From Eledone cirrhosa (taxonomy: Eukaryota): a DNA stretch of 64,000 nt. The stretch lies in the NCBI GenBank assembly GCA_964016885.1, contig OZ024748.1, forward strand, positions 41,354,001 through 41,418,000. Direction: 5' to 3'. Below the pieces are notes generated by a model. The model had not been told where the DNA came from, did not search any database, and saw only the letters and a program-made list of their open reading frames with translations. Of the stretch, positions 15,901-33,900 are shown piece after piece (positions within the stretch are counted from its first letter, which is position 1; each line of letters begins with the position of its first letter). A program made the translations under genes and the position numbers.

Positions 15901-18900
15901 CACCACCACTGTCACCAACACTACCACTGTCACCAACACTGTCACCAACACTACCACTGTCACCACCACTGTCACCAACACTACTACTGTCACCACCACC
16001 ACCACTGTCACCAACACCACCACTGTCACCAACACTACCACTGTCACCACCACCACCATTGTCTCCAACACTACCACTGTCACCACCACTGTCACGAACA
16101 CTACCACTGTCACCACCACCACCACTGTCACCAACACTGCCACTGTCACCACCACTGTCACCAACACCACCACTGTCACCAACACCACCACTGTCACCAA
16201 CACCACCACTGACACCAACACTACCACAGTCACCACCACTGTCACCAACACCACCACTGTCTCCAACACCACCACTGTCACCACCACCACCACTGTCACC
16301 AACACCACCACTGTCACCAACACCACCACTGTCACCAACACCACTACTGTCACCACCACTGTCACCACCACTGTCTCCAACACGACCACTGTCACCAACA
16401 CCACCACTGTCACCAACACCACCACTGTCACCAACACCACCACTGTCACCACCACTGTCACCACCACTGTCTCCAACACCACCACTGTCACCAACACTAC
16501 CACTGTCACCACCACCACCACTGTCACCAACACCACCACTGTCACCAACACCACCACTGTCACCAACACCACCACTGTCACCAACACCACCACTGTCACC
16601 ACCACTGTCACCACCACTGTCTCCAACACCACCACTGTCACCAACACCACCACTGTCACCAACACCACCACTGTCACCAACACCACCACTGTCACCAACA
16701 CCACCACTGTCACCAACAACACCACTGTCTCCAACACCACCACTGTCACCAACACCACCACTGTCACCAACACTACCACTGTCTCCGACACCACCACTGT
16801 CACCAACACTACCACTGTCACCACCACCACAACTGTCGCCACCACCACCACTGTCTCCAACACCACAACTGTCACCAACACCACCACTGTCACCAACACC
16901 ACCACTGTCACCAACACCACCACTGTCACCAACACCACCACTGTCACCAACACCACCACTGTCACCAACACCACCACTGTCACCAACACCACCACTGTCA
17001 CCAACACTACCACTGTCATCAACACCACCACTGTCACCAACACCACCACTGTCACCAACACCACCACTGTCACCAACACCACCACTGTCACCAACGCCAC
17101 CACTGTCACCAACACCACCACTGTCACCAACACCACCACTGTCACCAACACCACCACTGTCACCAACACCACCACTGTCACCAACACCACCACTGTCACC
17201 AACACCAACACTGTCACCAACAACACCACTGTCACCAACACCACCACTGTCACCAACACCACCACTGTCACCAACACCACCACTGTCACCAACACCACCA
17301 CTGTCACCAACACCACCACTGTCACCAACACCACCACTGTCCCCAACACCAACACTGTCACCACCACCACCACTGTCTCCAACACCACCACTGTCAACAA
17401 CACCACCACTGTCACCACCACTGTCACCAACACCACCACTGTCACCAACACCACCACTGTCACCAACACCACCACTGTCACCAACACCACCACTGTCACC
17501 AACACCACCACTGTCACCAACACCAACACTGTCACCAACACCACCACTGTCACCAACACCACCACTGTCACCAACATAACCACTGTTACCAACACCACCA
17601 CTGTCACCAACACCACCACTGTCACCAAAACAAACACTGTCACAACCACCACCACTGTCTCCAACACCACCACTGTCACCAACACCACCACTGTCACCAA
17701 CACCACCACTGTCACCAACACCACCACTGTCACCAACACCACCACTGTCACCAACACCACCACTGTTACCAACACCACCACTGTCACCAACACCACCACT
17801 GTCACCAAAACCACCACTGTCACCAACACCAACACTGTCACCACCACCACCACTGTCTCCAACACCACCACTGTCTCCAACACCACCACTGTCACCAACA
17901 CCACCACTGTCACCAACACCACCACTGTCACCAACACCAACACTGTCACCACCACCACCACTGTCTCCAACACCACCACTGTCACCAACACCACCACTGT
18001 CACCACCACTGTCACCAACACCACCACTGTCACCAACACCAACACTGTCACCACCACCACCACTGTCTCCAACACCACCACTGTCACCAACACCACCACT
18101 GTCACCAACACCACCACTGTCACCACCACCACCACTGTCACCACCACTGTCACCAACACCACCACTGTCACCACCACTGTCACCAACACCACCACTGTCA
18201 CCAACACCACCACTGTCACCACCACCACCACTGTCACCACCACTGTCACCAACACCACCATTGTCACCACCACCACCACTGTCACCACCACTGTCACCAA
18301 CACCACCACTGTCACCAACACCACCACTGTCACCACCACCACCACTGTCACCACCACTGTCACCAACACCACCACTGTCACCACCACTGTCACCAACACC
18401 ACCACTGTCACCAACACCACCACTGTCACCACCACCACCACTGTCACCAACACCACCACTGTCACCATCACCACCACTGTCACCACCACTGTCTCCAACA
18501 CCACCACTGTCACCAACACCACCACTGTCACCAACACCACCACTGTCTCCAACACCACCACTGTTACCAACACCACCACTGTCACCAACACCACCACTGC
18601 CACCAACACCACCACTGTCACCAACACCACCACTGTCTCCAACACCACCACTGTCACCAACACCACCACTGTCACCACCACTGTCACCAACACCACCACT
18701 GTCACCAATACCACCACTGTCACCAACACCACCACTGTCACCAACACCACCACTGTCACCAACACCACCACTGTCTCCAACACCACCACTGTCACCAACA
18801 CCACCACTGTCACCAACACCACCACTGTCACCAACACCACCACTGTCACCACCACTGTCACCAACACCACCACTGTCACCAACACCACCACTGTCACCAA

Positions 18901-21900
18901 CACCACCACTGTCACCACCACTGTCACCAACACCACCACTGTCACCAACACCACCACTGTCACCAACACTACCACTGTGACCAACACCACCACTGTCACC
19001 ACCACCACCACTGTCACCAACACCACCACTGTCACCAACACTACCACTGTCACCAACACCACCACTGTCACCAACACTACCACTGTCACCACCACTATCA
19101 CCAACACCACCACTGTCACCAACACCACCACTGTCACCAACACCACAACTGTCACCAACACCACCACTGTCACCAACAGTACCACTGTCACCACCACTGT
19201 CACCAACACCACCACTGTCACCAACACTACCACTGTGACCAACACCACCACTGTCACCACCACTGTCACCAACAACACCACTGTCACCAACACTACCACT
19301 GTGACCAACACCACAACTGTCACCACCACCACCACTGTCACCAACACCACCACTGTCACCAACACTACCACTGTCACCAACACCACCACTGTCACCAACA
19401 CTACCACTGTCACCACCACTCTCACCAACACCACCACTGTCACCAACACCACCACTGTCTCCAACACTACCACTGTCACCAACACCACCACTGTCACCAA
19501 CACCACCACTGTCACCAACACTACCACTGTCACCACCACTGTCACCAACACCACCACTGTCACCACCACTGTCACCAACACTACCACTGTCACCACCACC
19601 ACCACTGTCACCAACACCACCACTGTCACCAACACCAACACTGTCACCAACACCACCACTGTCACCAACACCACCACTGTCACCAACATAACCACTGTCA
19701 CCAACACCACCACTGTCACCAACACCACCACTGTCACCAACACCACCACTGTCTCCAACACTACCACTGTCACAAACACCACCACTGTCACCAACACCAC
19801 CACTGTCACCAACACTACCACTGTCACCACCACTGTCACCAACACCACCACTGTCACCACCACTGTCACCAACACCACCACTGTCACCAACACCACCACG
19901 GTCACCAACACCACCACTGTCACCAACACCACCACTGTCACCAACACCACCACTGTCACCAACACCACCACTGTCACCAAACCCACCACTGTCACCAACA
20001 CCAACACTGTCACCACCACCACCACTGTCTCCAACACCACCACTGTCTCCAACACCACCACTGTCACCAACACCACCACTGTCACCAACACCACCACTGT
20101 CACCAACACCAACACTGTCACCACCACCACCACTGTCTCCAACACCACCACTGTCACCAACACCACCACTGTCACCAACACCACCACTGTCACCAACACC
20201 AACACTGTCACCACCACCACCACTGTCTCCAACACCACCACTGTCACCAACACCACCACTGTCACCAACACCACCACTGTCACCAACACCACCACTGTCA
20301 CCACCACCACCACTGTCACCATCACTGTCACCAACACCACCACTGTCACCACCACTGTCACCAACACCACCACTGTCACCAACACCACCACTGTCAACAC
20401 CACCACCACTGTCACCACCACTGTCACCAACACCACCACTGTCACCACCACCACCACAGTCACCACCACTGTCACCAACACCACCACTGTCACCAACATC
20501 ACCACTGTCACCACCACCACCACTGTCTCCAACACCACCACTGTTACCAACACCACCACTGTCACCAACACCACCACTGTCACCAACACCACCACTGTCA
20601 CCAACACCACCACTGTCTCCAACACCACCACTGTCACCAACACCACCACTGTCACCACCACTGTCACCAACACCACCACTGTCACCAATACCACCACTGT
20701 CACCAACACCACCACTGTCACCAACACCACCACTGTCACCAACACCACCACTGTCTCCAACACCACCACTGTCACCAACACCACCACTGTCACCACCACT
20801 GTCACCAACACCACCACTGTCACCAACACCACCACTGTCACCACCACTGTCACCAACACCACCACTGTCACCAACACCACCACTGTCACCACCACTGTCA
20901 CCAACACCACCACTGTCACCAACACCACCACTGTCACCAACACTACCACTGTGACCAACACCACCACTGTCACCACCACCACCACTGTCACCAACACCAC
21001 CACTGTCACCAACACTACCACTGTCACCAACACCACCACTGTCACCAACACTACCACTGTCACCACCACTGTCACCAACACCACCACTGTCACCAACACC
21101 ACCACTGTCACCAACACCACAACTGTCACAAACACCACCACTGTCACCAACACTACCACTGTCACCACCACTGTCACCAACACCACCACTGTCACCAACA
21201 CTACCACTGTGACCAACACCACCACTGTCACCACCACTGTCACCAACACCACCACTGTCACCAACACTACCACTGTGACCAACACCACCACTGTCACCAC
21301 CACCACCACTGTCACCAACACCACCACAGTCACCAACACTACCACTGTCACCAACACCACCACTGTCACCAACACTACCACTGTCACCACCACTGTCACC
21401 ACCACCACCACTGTCACCAACACCACCACTGTCACCAACACTACCACTGTGACCAACACCACCACTGTCACCAACACCACCACAGTCACCAACACTACCA
21501 CTGTCACCAACACCACCACTGTCACCAACACTACCACTGTCACCACCACTGTCACCACCACCACCACTGTCACCAACACCACCACAGTCACCAACACTAC
21601 CACAGTCACCAACACCACCACTGTCACCAACACTACCACTGTCACCACCACTGTCACCAACACCACCACTGTCACCAACACCACCACTGTCTCCAACACT
21701 ACCACTGTCACCAACACCACCACTGTCACCAACACCACCACTGTCACCAACACTACCACTGTCACCACCACTGTCACCAACACCACCACTGTCACCACCA
21801 CTGTCACCAACACTACCACTGTCACCACCACCACCACTGTCTCCAACACCACCACTGTCACCAACACCACCACTGTCTCCAACACCACCACTTTTACCAA

Positions 21901-24900
21901 CACCACCACTGTCACCAACACTACCACTGTCACCACCACTGTCACCAACACCACCACTGTCACCACCACTGTCACCAACACCACCACTGTCACCACCACT
22001 GTCACCAACACTACCACTGTCACCACCACCACCACTGTCTCCAACACCACCACTGTCACCAACACCACCACTGTCTCCAACACCACCACTGTCACCAACA
22101 CCACCACTGTCACCAACACTACCACTGTCACCACCACTGTCACCAACACCACCACTGTCACCAACACTACCACTGTCACCACCACTGTCACCAACACTAC
22201 CACTGTCACCACCACCACCACTGTCACCAACACTGCCACTGTCACCACCACCACCACTGTCTCCAACACCACCACTGTCACCAACACCACCACTGTCACC
22301 AACACCACCACTGTCACCAACACTACCACTGTCACTACCACTGTCACCAACACCACCACTGTCACCAACACCACCACTGTCACCACCACTGTCACCACCA
22401 CTGTCTCCAACACGACCACTGTCACCAACACCACCACTGTCACCAACACCACCACTGTCACCACCACTGTCACCACCACTGTCTCCAACACCACCACTGT
22501 CTCCAACACCACCACTGTCACCAACACTACCACTGTCACCACCACCACCACTGTCACCAACACCACCACAGTCACCAACACCACCACTGTCACCAACACC
22601 ACCACTGTCACCACCACTGTCACCACCACTGTCTCCAACACCACCACTGTCACCAACACCACCACTGTCACCAACCCCACCACTGTCACCAACACCACCA
22701 CTGTCACCAACACCACCACTGTCACCAACACCACCACTGTCTCCAACACCACCACTGTCACCAACACCACCACTGTCACCAACACTACCACTGTCTCCAA
22801 CACCACCACTGTCACCAACACTACCACTTTCACCACCACCACCACTGTCTCCATCACCACCACTTTCACCAACACCACCACTGTCACCAACACCACCACT
22901 GTCACCAACACCACCACTGTCACCAACACCACCACTGTCACCAACACCACCACTGTCACCAACACCACCACTGTCACCAACACTACCACTGTCACCACCA
23001 CCACTGTCTCCAACACCACCACTGTCACCAACACCACCACTGTCACCAACACCACCACTGTCACCAACACCACCACTGTCACCAACACCACCACTGTCAC
23101 CAACACCACCACTGTCACCAACACCACCACTGTCACCAACACCACCACTGTCACCAACACCACCACTGTCACCAACACCACCACTGTCATCAACACCACC
23201 ACTGTCACCAACACCAACACTGTCACCAACACCACCACTGTCACCAACACCACCACTGTCACCAACACCACCACTGTCACCAACACCACCACTGTCACCA
23301 ACACCACCACTGTCACCAACACCACCACTGTCACCAACACCACCACTGTCACCAACACCAACACTGTCACCACCACCACCACTGTCTCCAACACCACCAC
23401 TGTCAACAACACCACCACTGTCACCACCACTGTCACCAACACCACCACTGTCACCAACACCACCACTGTCACCAACACCACCACTGTCACCAACACCACC
23501 ACTGTCACCAACACCAACACTGTCACCAACACCAACATTGTCACCAACACCACCACTGTCACCAACATAACCACTGTCACCAACACCACCACTGTCACCA
23601 ACACCACCACTGTCACCAAAACCAACACTGTCAAAACCACCACCACTGTCTCCAACACCACCACTGTCACCACCACTGTCACCAACACCACCACTGTCAC
23701 CAACACCACCACTGTCACCACCACCACCACTGTCACCACCACTGTCACCAACACCACCACTGTCACCACCACCACCACTGTCACCACCATGTCACCAACA
23801 CCACCACTGTCACCAACACCACCACTGTCACCAACACCACCACTGTCACCACCACCACCACTGTCACCACCACTGTCACCAACACCACCACTGTCACCAC
23901 CACTGTCACCAACACCACCACTGTCACCAACACCACCACTGTCACCACCACCACCACTGTCACCACCACTGTCACCAACACCACCACTGTCACCACCACC
24001 ACCACTGTCACCACCACTGTCACCAACACCACCACTGTCACCAACATCACCACTGTCACCACCACCATCACTGTCTCCAACACCACCACTGTCACCACCA
24101 CTGTCTCCAACACCACCACTGTCACCAACACCACCACTGTCACCAACACCACCACTGTCTCCAACACCACCACTGTTACCAACACCACCACTGTCACCAA
24201 CACCAACACTGTCACCAACACCACCACTGTCACCAACACCACCACTGTCTCCAACACCACCACTGTCACCAACACCACCACTGTCACCACCACTGTCACC
24301 AACACCACCACTGTCACCAATACCACCACTGTCACCAACACCACAACTGTCACCAACACCACCACTGTCACCAACACCACCACTGTCTCCAACACCACCA
24401 CTGTCACCAACACCACCACTGTCACCACCACTGTCACCAACACCACCACTGTCACCAACACCACCACTGTCACCAACACCACCACTGTCACCAACACCAC
24501 CACTGTCACCACCACTGTCACCAACACCACCACTGTCACCAACACTACCACTGTGACCAACACAACCACTGTCACCACCACCACCACTGTCACCAACACC
24601 ACCACTGTCACCAACACTACCACTGTCACCAACACCACCACTGTCACCAACACTACCACTGTCACCACCACTGTCACCAACACCACCACTGTCACCAACA
24701 CCACCACTGTCACCAACACCACAACTGTCACCAACACCACCACTGTCACCAACACTACCACTGTCACCACCACTGTCACCAACACCACCACTGTCACCAA
24801 CACTACCACTGTGACCAACACCACCACTGTCACCACCACTGTCACCAACACCACCACTGTCACCAACACTACCACTGTGACCAACACCACCACTGTCACC

Positions 24901-27900
24901 ACCACCACCACTGTCACCAACACCACCACTGTCACCAACACTACCACTGTCACCAACACCACCACTGTCACCAACACTACCACTGTCACCACCACTGTCA
25001 CCAACACCACCACTGTCACCAACACCACCACTGTCTCCAACACTACCACTGTCACCAACACCACCACTGTCACCAACACCACCACTGTCACCAACACTAC
25101 CACTGTCACCACCACTGTCACCAACACCACCACTGTCACCACCACTGTCACCAACACTACCACTGTCACCACCACCACCACTGTCTCCAACACCACCACT
25201 GTCACCAACACCACCACTGTCTCCAACACCACCACTGTCACCAACACCACCACTGTCACCAACACTACCACTGTCACCACCACTGTCACCAACACCACCA
25301 CTGTCACCACCACTGTCACCAACACCACTACTGTCACCACCACTGTCACCAACACTACCACTGTCACCACCACTGTCACCAACACCACCACTGTCACCAA
25401 CACTACCACTGTCACCACCACTGTCATCAACACAACTACTGTCACCACCACTGTCACCAACACTACCACTGAAACCACCACCACCACTGTCTCCAACACT
25501 ACCACTGTCACCACCACTGTCACCAACACTACCACTGTCACCAACACTACCACTGTCACCACCACCACCATTGTCTCCAACACTACCACTGTCACCACCA
25601 CTGTCACCAACACTACCACTGTCACCACCACTGTCACCAACACTACCACTGTCACCACCACCACCACTGTCACCAACACTACCACTGTCACCACCACCAC
25701 CACTGTCTCCAACACCACCACTGTCACCAACACCACCACTGTCACCAACACCACCACTGTCACCAACACTACCACTGTCACTACCACTGTCACCAACACC
25801 ACCACTGTCACCAACACCACCACTGTCACCACCACTGTCACCAACACTACCACTGTCACCACCACCACCACTGACACCAACACTACCACAGTCACCACCA
25901 CTGTCACCAACACCACCACTGTCTCCAACACCACCACTGTCACCACCACCACCACTGTCACCAACACCACCACTGTCACCAACACCACCACTGTCACCAA
26001 CACCACTACTGTCACCACCACTGTCACCACCACTGTCTCCAACACGACCACTGTCACCAACACCACCACTGTCACCAACACCACCACTGTCACCAACACC
26101 ACCACTGTCACCACCACTGTCACCACCACTGTCTCCAACACCACCACTGTCTCCAACACCACCACTGTCACCAACACTACCACTGTCACCACCACCACCA
26201 CTGTCACCAACACCACCACTGTCACCAACACCACCACTGTCACCAACACCACCACTGTCACCAACACCACCACTGTCACCACCACTGTCACCACCACTGT
26301 CTCCAACACCACCACTGTCACCAACACCACCACTGTCACCAACACCACCACTGTCACCAACACCACCACTGTCACCAACACCACCACTGTCACCAACACC
26401 ACCACTGTCTCCAACACCACCACTGTCACCAACACCACCACTGTCACCAACACTACCACTGTCTCCAACACCACCACTGTCACCAACACTACCACTGTCA
26501 CCACCACCACCACTGTCGCCACCACCACCACTGTCTCCAACACCACAACTGTCACCAACACCACCACTGTCACCAACACCACCACTGTCACCAACACCAC
26601 CACTGTCACCAACACCACCACTGTCACCAACACCACCACTGTCACCAACACCACCACTGTCACCAACACCACCACTGTCACCAACACTACCACTGTCATC
26701 AACACCACCACTGTCACCAACACCACCACTGTCACCAACACCACCACTGTCACCAACACCACCACTGTCACCAACGCCACCACTGTCACCAACACCACCA
26801 CTGTCACCAACACCACCACTGTCACCAACACCACCACTGTCACCAACACCACCACTGTCACCAACACCACCACTGTCACCAACACCAACACTGTCACCAA
26901 CACCACCACTGTCACCAACACCACCACTGTCACCAACACCACCACTGTCACCAACACCACCACTGTCACCAACACCACCACTGTCACCAACACCACCACT
27001 GTCACCAACACCACCACTGTCACCAACACCAACACTGTCACCACCACCACCACTGTCTCCAACACCACCACTGTCAACAACACCACCACTGTCACCACCA
27101 CTGTCACCAACACCACCACTGTCACCAACACCACCACTGTCACCAACACCACCACTGTCACCAACACCACCACTGTCACCAACACCACCACTGTCACCAA
27201 CACCACCACTGTCACCAACACCAACACTGTCACCAACACCACCACTGTCACCAACACCACCACTGTCACCAACATAACCACTGTTACCAACACCACCACT
27301 GTCACCAACACCACCACTGTCACCAAAACCAACACTGTCACAACCACCACCACTGTCTCCAACACCACCACTGTCACCAACACCACCACTGTCACCAACA
27401 CCACCACTGTCACCAACACCACCACTGTCACCAACACCACCACTGTCACCAACACCACCACTGTTACCAACACCACCACTGTCACCAACACCACCACTGT
27501 CACCAAAACCACCACTGTCACCAACACCAACACTGTCACCACCACCACCACTGTCTCCAACACCACCACTGTCTCCAACACCACCACTGTCACCAACACC
27601 ACCACTGTCACCAACACCACCACTGTCACCAACACCAACACTGTCACCACCACCACCACTGTCTCCAACACCACCACTGTCACCAACACCACCACTGTCA
27701 CCACCACTGTCACCAACACCACCACTGTCACCAACACCAACACTGTCACCACCACCACCACTGTCTCCAACACCACCACTGTCACCAACACCACCACTGT
27801 CACCAACAACACCACTGTCACCACCACCACCACTGTCACCACCACTGTCACCAACACCACCACTGTCACCACCACTGTCACCAACACCACCACTGTCACC

Positions 27901-30900
27901 AACACCACCACTGTCACCACCACCACCACTGTCACCACCACTGTCACCAACACCACCATTGTCACCACCACCACCACTGTCACCACCACTGTCACCAACA
28001 CCACCACTGTCACCAACACCACCACTGTCACCACCACCACCACTGTCACCACCACTGTCACCAACACCACCACTGTCACCACCACTGTCACCAACACCAC
28101 CACTGTCACCAACACCACCACTGTCACCACCACCACCACTGTCACCACCACTGTCACCAACACCACCACTGTCACCACCACCACCACTGTCACCACCACT
28201 GTCACCAACACCACCACTGTCACCAACATCACCACTGTCACCACCACCACCACTGTCTCCAACACCACCACTGTCACCACCACTGTCTCCAACACCACCA
28301 CTGTCACCAACACCACCACTGTCACCAACACCACCACTGTCTCCAACACCACCACTGTTACCAACACCACCACTGTCACCAACACCACCACTGCCACCAA
28401 CACCACCACTGTCACCAACACCACCACTGTCTCCAACACCACCACTGTCACCAACACCACCACTGTCACCACCACTGTCACCAACACCACCACTGTCACC
28501 AATACCACCACTGTCACCAACACCACCACTGTCACCAACACCACCACTGTCACCAACACCACCACTGTCTCCAACACCACCACTGTCACCAACACCACCA
28601 CTGTCACCAACACCACCACTGTCACCAACACCACCACTGTCACCACCACTGTCACCAACACCACCACTGTCACCAACACCACCACTGTCACCAACACCAC
28701 CACTGTCACCACCACTGTCACCAACACCACCACTGTCACCAACACCACCACTGTCACCAACACTACCACTGTGACCAACACCACCACTGTCACCACCACC
28801 ACCACTGTCACCAACACCACCACTGTCACCAACACTACCACTGTCACCAACACCACCACTGTCACCAACACTACCACTGTCACCACCACTATCACCAACA
28901 CCACCACTGTCACCAACACCACCACTGTCACCAACACCACAACTGTCACCAACACCACCACTGTCACCAACAGTACCACTGTCACCACCACTGTCACCAA
29001 CACCACCACTGTCACCAACACTACCACTGTGACCAACACCACCACTGTCACCACCACTGTCACCAACAACACCACTGTCACCAACACTACCACTGTGACC
29101 AACACCACAACTGTCACCACCACCACCACTGTCACCAACACCACCACTGTCACCAACACTACCACTGTCACCAACACCACCACTGTCACCAACACTACCA
29201 CTGTCACCACCACTGTCACCAACACCACCACTGTCACCAACACCACCACTGTCTCCAACACTACCACTGTCACCAACACCACCACTGTCACCAACACCAC
29301 CACTGTCACCAACACTACCACTGTCACCACCACTGTCACCAACACCACCACTGTCACCACCACTGTCACCAACACTACCACTGTCACCACCACCACCACT
29401 GTCACCAACACCACCACTGTCACCAACACCAACACTGTCACCAACACCACCACTGTCACCAACACCACCACTGTCACCAACATAACCACTGTCACCAACA
29501 CCACCACTGTCACCAACACCACCACTGTCACCAACACCACCACTGTCTCCAACACTACCACTGTCACAAACACCACCACTGTCACCAACACCACCACTGT
29601 CACCAACACTACCACTGTCACCACCACTGTCACCAACACCACCACTGTCACCACCACTGTCACCACCACTGTCACCAACACCACCACTGTCACCAACACC
29701 ACCACTGTCACCAACACCACCACTGTCACCAACACCACCACTGTCACCAACACCACCACTGACACCAACACCACCACTGTCACCAACACCAACACTGTCA
29801 CCAACACCACCACTGTCACCAACACCACCACTGTCACCAACATAACCACTGTCACCAACACCACCACTGTCACCAACACCACCACTGTCACCAAAACCAA
29901 CACTGTCACCACCACCACCACTGTCACCAACACCACCACTGTCACCAACACTACCACTGTGACCAACACCACCACTGTCACCACCACCACCACTGTCACC
30001 AACACCACCACTGTCACCAACACTACCACTGTCACCAACACCACCACTGTCACCAACACTACCACTGTCACCACCACTGTCACCAACACCACCACTGTCA
30101 CCAACACCACCACTGTCACCAACACCACAACTGTCACCAACACCACCACTGTCACCAACACTACCACTGTCACCACCACTGTCACCAACACCACCACTGT
30201 CACCAACACTACCACTGTGACCAACACCACCACTGTCACCACCACTGTCACCAACACCACCACTGTCACCAACAGTACCACTGTGACCAACACCACCACT
30301 GTCACCACCACCACCACTGTCACCAACACCACCACAGTCACCAACACTACCACTGTCACCAACACCACCACTGTCACCAACACTACCACTGTCACCACCA
30401 CTGTCACCACCACCACCACTGTCACCAACACCACCACTGTCACCAACACTACCACTGTGACCAACACCACCACTGTCACCAACACCACCACAGTCACCAA
30501 CACTACCACTGTAACCAACACCACCACTGTCACCAACACTACCACTGTCACCACCACTGTCACCACCACCACCACTGTCACCAACACCACCACAGTCACC
30601 AACACTACCACAGTCACCAACACCACCACTGTCACCAACACTACCACTGTCACCACCACTGTCACCAACACCACCACTGTCACCAACACCACCACTGTCT
30701 CCAACACTACCACTGTCACCAACACCACCACTGTCACCAACACCACCACTGTCACCAACACTACCACTGTCACCACCACTGTCACCAACACCACCACTGT
30801 CACCACCACTGTCACCACCACTGTCACCAACACTACCACTGTCACCACCACCACCACTGTCTCCAACACCACCACTGTCACCAACACCACCACTGTCTCC

Positions 30901-33900
30901 AACACCACCACTTTTACCAACACCACCACTGTCACCAACACTACCACTGTCACCACCACTGTCACCAACACCACCACTGTCACCACCACTGTCACCAACA
31001 CCACCACTGTCACCACCACTGTCACCAACACTACCACTGTCACCACCACCACCACTGTCTCCAACACCACCACTGTCACCAACACCACCACTGTCTCCAA
31101 CACCACCACTGTCACCAACACCACCACTGTCACCAACACTACCACTGTCACCACCACTGTCACCAACACCACCACTGTCACCAACACTACCACTGTCACC
31201 ACCACTGTCACCAACACTAACACTGTCACCACCACCACCACTGTCACCAACACTGCCACTGTCACCACCACCACCACTGTCTCCAACACCACCACTGTCA
31301 CCAACACCACCACTGTCACCAACACCACCACTGTCACCAACACTACCACTGTCACTACCACTGTCACCAACACCACCACTGTCACCAACACCACCACTGT
31401 CACCACCACTGTCACCACCACTGTCTCCAACACGACCACTGTCACCAACACCACCACTGTCACCAACACCACCACTGTCACCACCACTGTCACCACCACT
31501 GTCTCCAACACCACCACTGTCTCCAACACCACCACTGTCACCAACACTACCACTGTCACCACCACCACCACTGTCACCAACACCACCACAGTCACCAACA
31601 CCACCACTGTCACCAACACCACCACTGTCACCACCACTGTCACCACCACTGTCTCCAACACCACCACTGTCACCAACACCACCACTGTCACCAACACCAC
31701 CACTGTCACCAACACCACCACTGTCACCAACACCACCACTGTCACCAACACCACCACTGTCTCCAACACCACCACTGTCACCAACACCACCACTGTCACC
31801 AACACTACCACTGTCTCCAACACCACCACTGTCACCAACACTACCACTGTCACCACCACCACCACTGTCTCCATCACCACCACTGTCACCAACACCACCA
31901 CTGTCACCAACACCACCACTGTCACCAACACCACCACTGTCACCAACACCACCACTGTCACCAACACCACCACTGTCACCAACACCACCACTGTCACCAA
32001 CACCACCACTGTCACCAACACTACCACTGTCACCACCACCACTGTCTCCAACACCACCACTGTCACCAACACCACCACTGTCACCAACACCACCACTGTC
32101 ACCAACACCACCACTGTCACCAACACCACCACTGTCACCAACACCACCACTGTCACCAACACCACCACTGTCACCAACACCACCACTGTCACCAACACCA
32201 CCACTGTCACCAACACCACCACTGTCACCAACACCAACACTGTCACCAACACCACCACTGTCACCAACACCACCACTGTCACCAACACCACCACTGTCAC
32301 CAACACCACCACTGTCACCAACACCACCCCTGTCACCAACACCACCACTGTCACCAACACCACCACTGTCACCAACACCAACACTGTCACCACCACCACC
32401 ACTGTCTCCAACACCACCACTGTCAACAACACCACCACTGTCACCACCACTGTCACCAACACCACCACTGTCACCAACACCACCACTGTCACCAACACCA
32501 CCACTGTCACCAACACCACCACTGTCACCAACACCAACACTGTCACCAACACCAACATTGTCACCAACACCACCACTGTCACCAACATAACCACTGTCAC
32601 CAACACCACCACTGTCACCAACACCACCACTGTCACCAAAACCAACACTGTCACAACCACCACCACTGTCTCCAACACCACCACTGTCACCACCACTGTC
32701 ACCAACACCACCACTGTCACCAACACCACCACTGTCACCACCACCACCACTGTCACCACCACTGTCACCAACACCACCACTGTCACCACCACCACCACTG
32801 TCACCACCACTGTCACCAACACCACCACTGTCACCAACACCACCACTGTCACCAACACCACCACTGTCACCACCACCACCACTGTCACCACCACTGTCAC
32901 CAACACCACCACTGTCACCACCACTGTCACCAACACGACCACTGTCACCAACACCACCACTGTCACCACCACCACCACTGTCACCACCACTGTCACCAAC
33001 ACCACCACTGTCACCACCACCACCACTGTCACCACCACTGTCACCAACACCACCACTGTCACCAACATCACCACTGTCACCACCACCATCACTGTCTCCA
33101 ACACCACCACTGTCACCACCACTGTCTCCAACACCACCACTGTCACCAACACCACCACTGTCACCAACACCACCACTGTCTCCAACACCACCACTGTTAC
33201 CAACACCACCACTGTCACCAACACCAACACTGTCACCAACACCACCACTGTCACCAACACCACCACTGTCTCCAACACCACCACTGTCACCAACACCACC
33301 ACTGTCACCACCACTGTCACCAACACCACCACTGTCACCAACACCACCACTGTCACCACCACTGTCACCAACACCACCACTGTCACCAACACCACCACTG
33401 TCACCAACACCACCACTGTCACCAACACCACCACTGTCACCAACACCACCACTGTCACCACCACTGTCACCAACACCACCACTGTCACCAACACTACCAC
33501 TGTGACCAACACAACCACTGTCACCACCACCACCACTGTCACCAACACCACCACTGTCACCAACACTACCACTGTCACCAACACCACCACTGTCACCAAC
33601 ACTACCACTGTCACCACCACTGTCACCAACACCACCACTGTCACCAACACCACCACTGTCACCAACACCACAACTGTCACCAACACCACCACTGTCACCA
33701 ACACTACCACTGTCACCACCACTGTCACCAACACCACCACTGTCACCAACACTACCACTGTGACCAACACCACCACTGTCACCACCACTGTCACCAACAC
33801 CACCACTGTCACCAACACTACCACTGTGACCAACACCACCACTGTCACCACCACCACCACTGTCACCAACACCACCACTGTCACCAACACTACCACTGTC

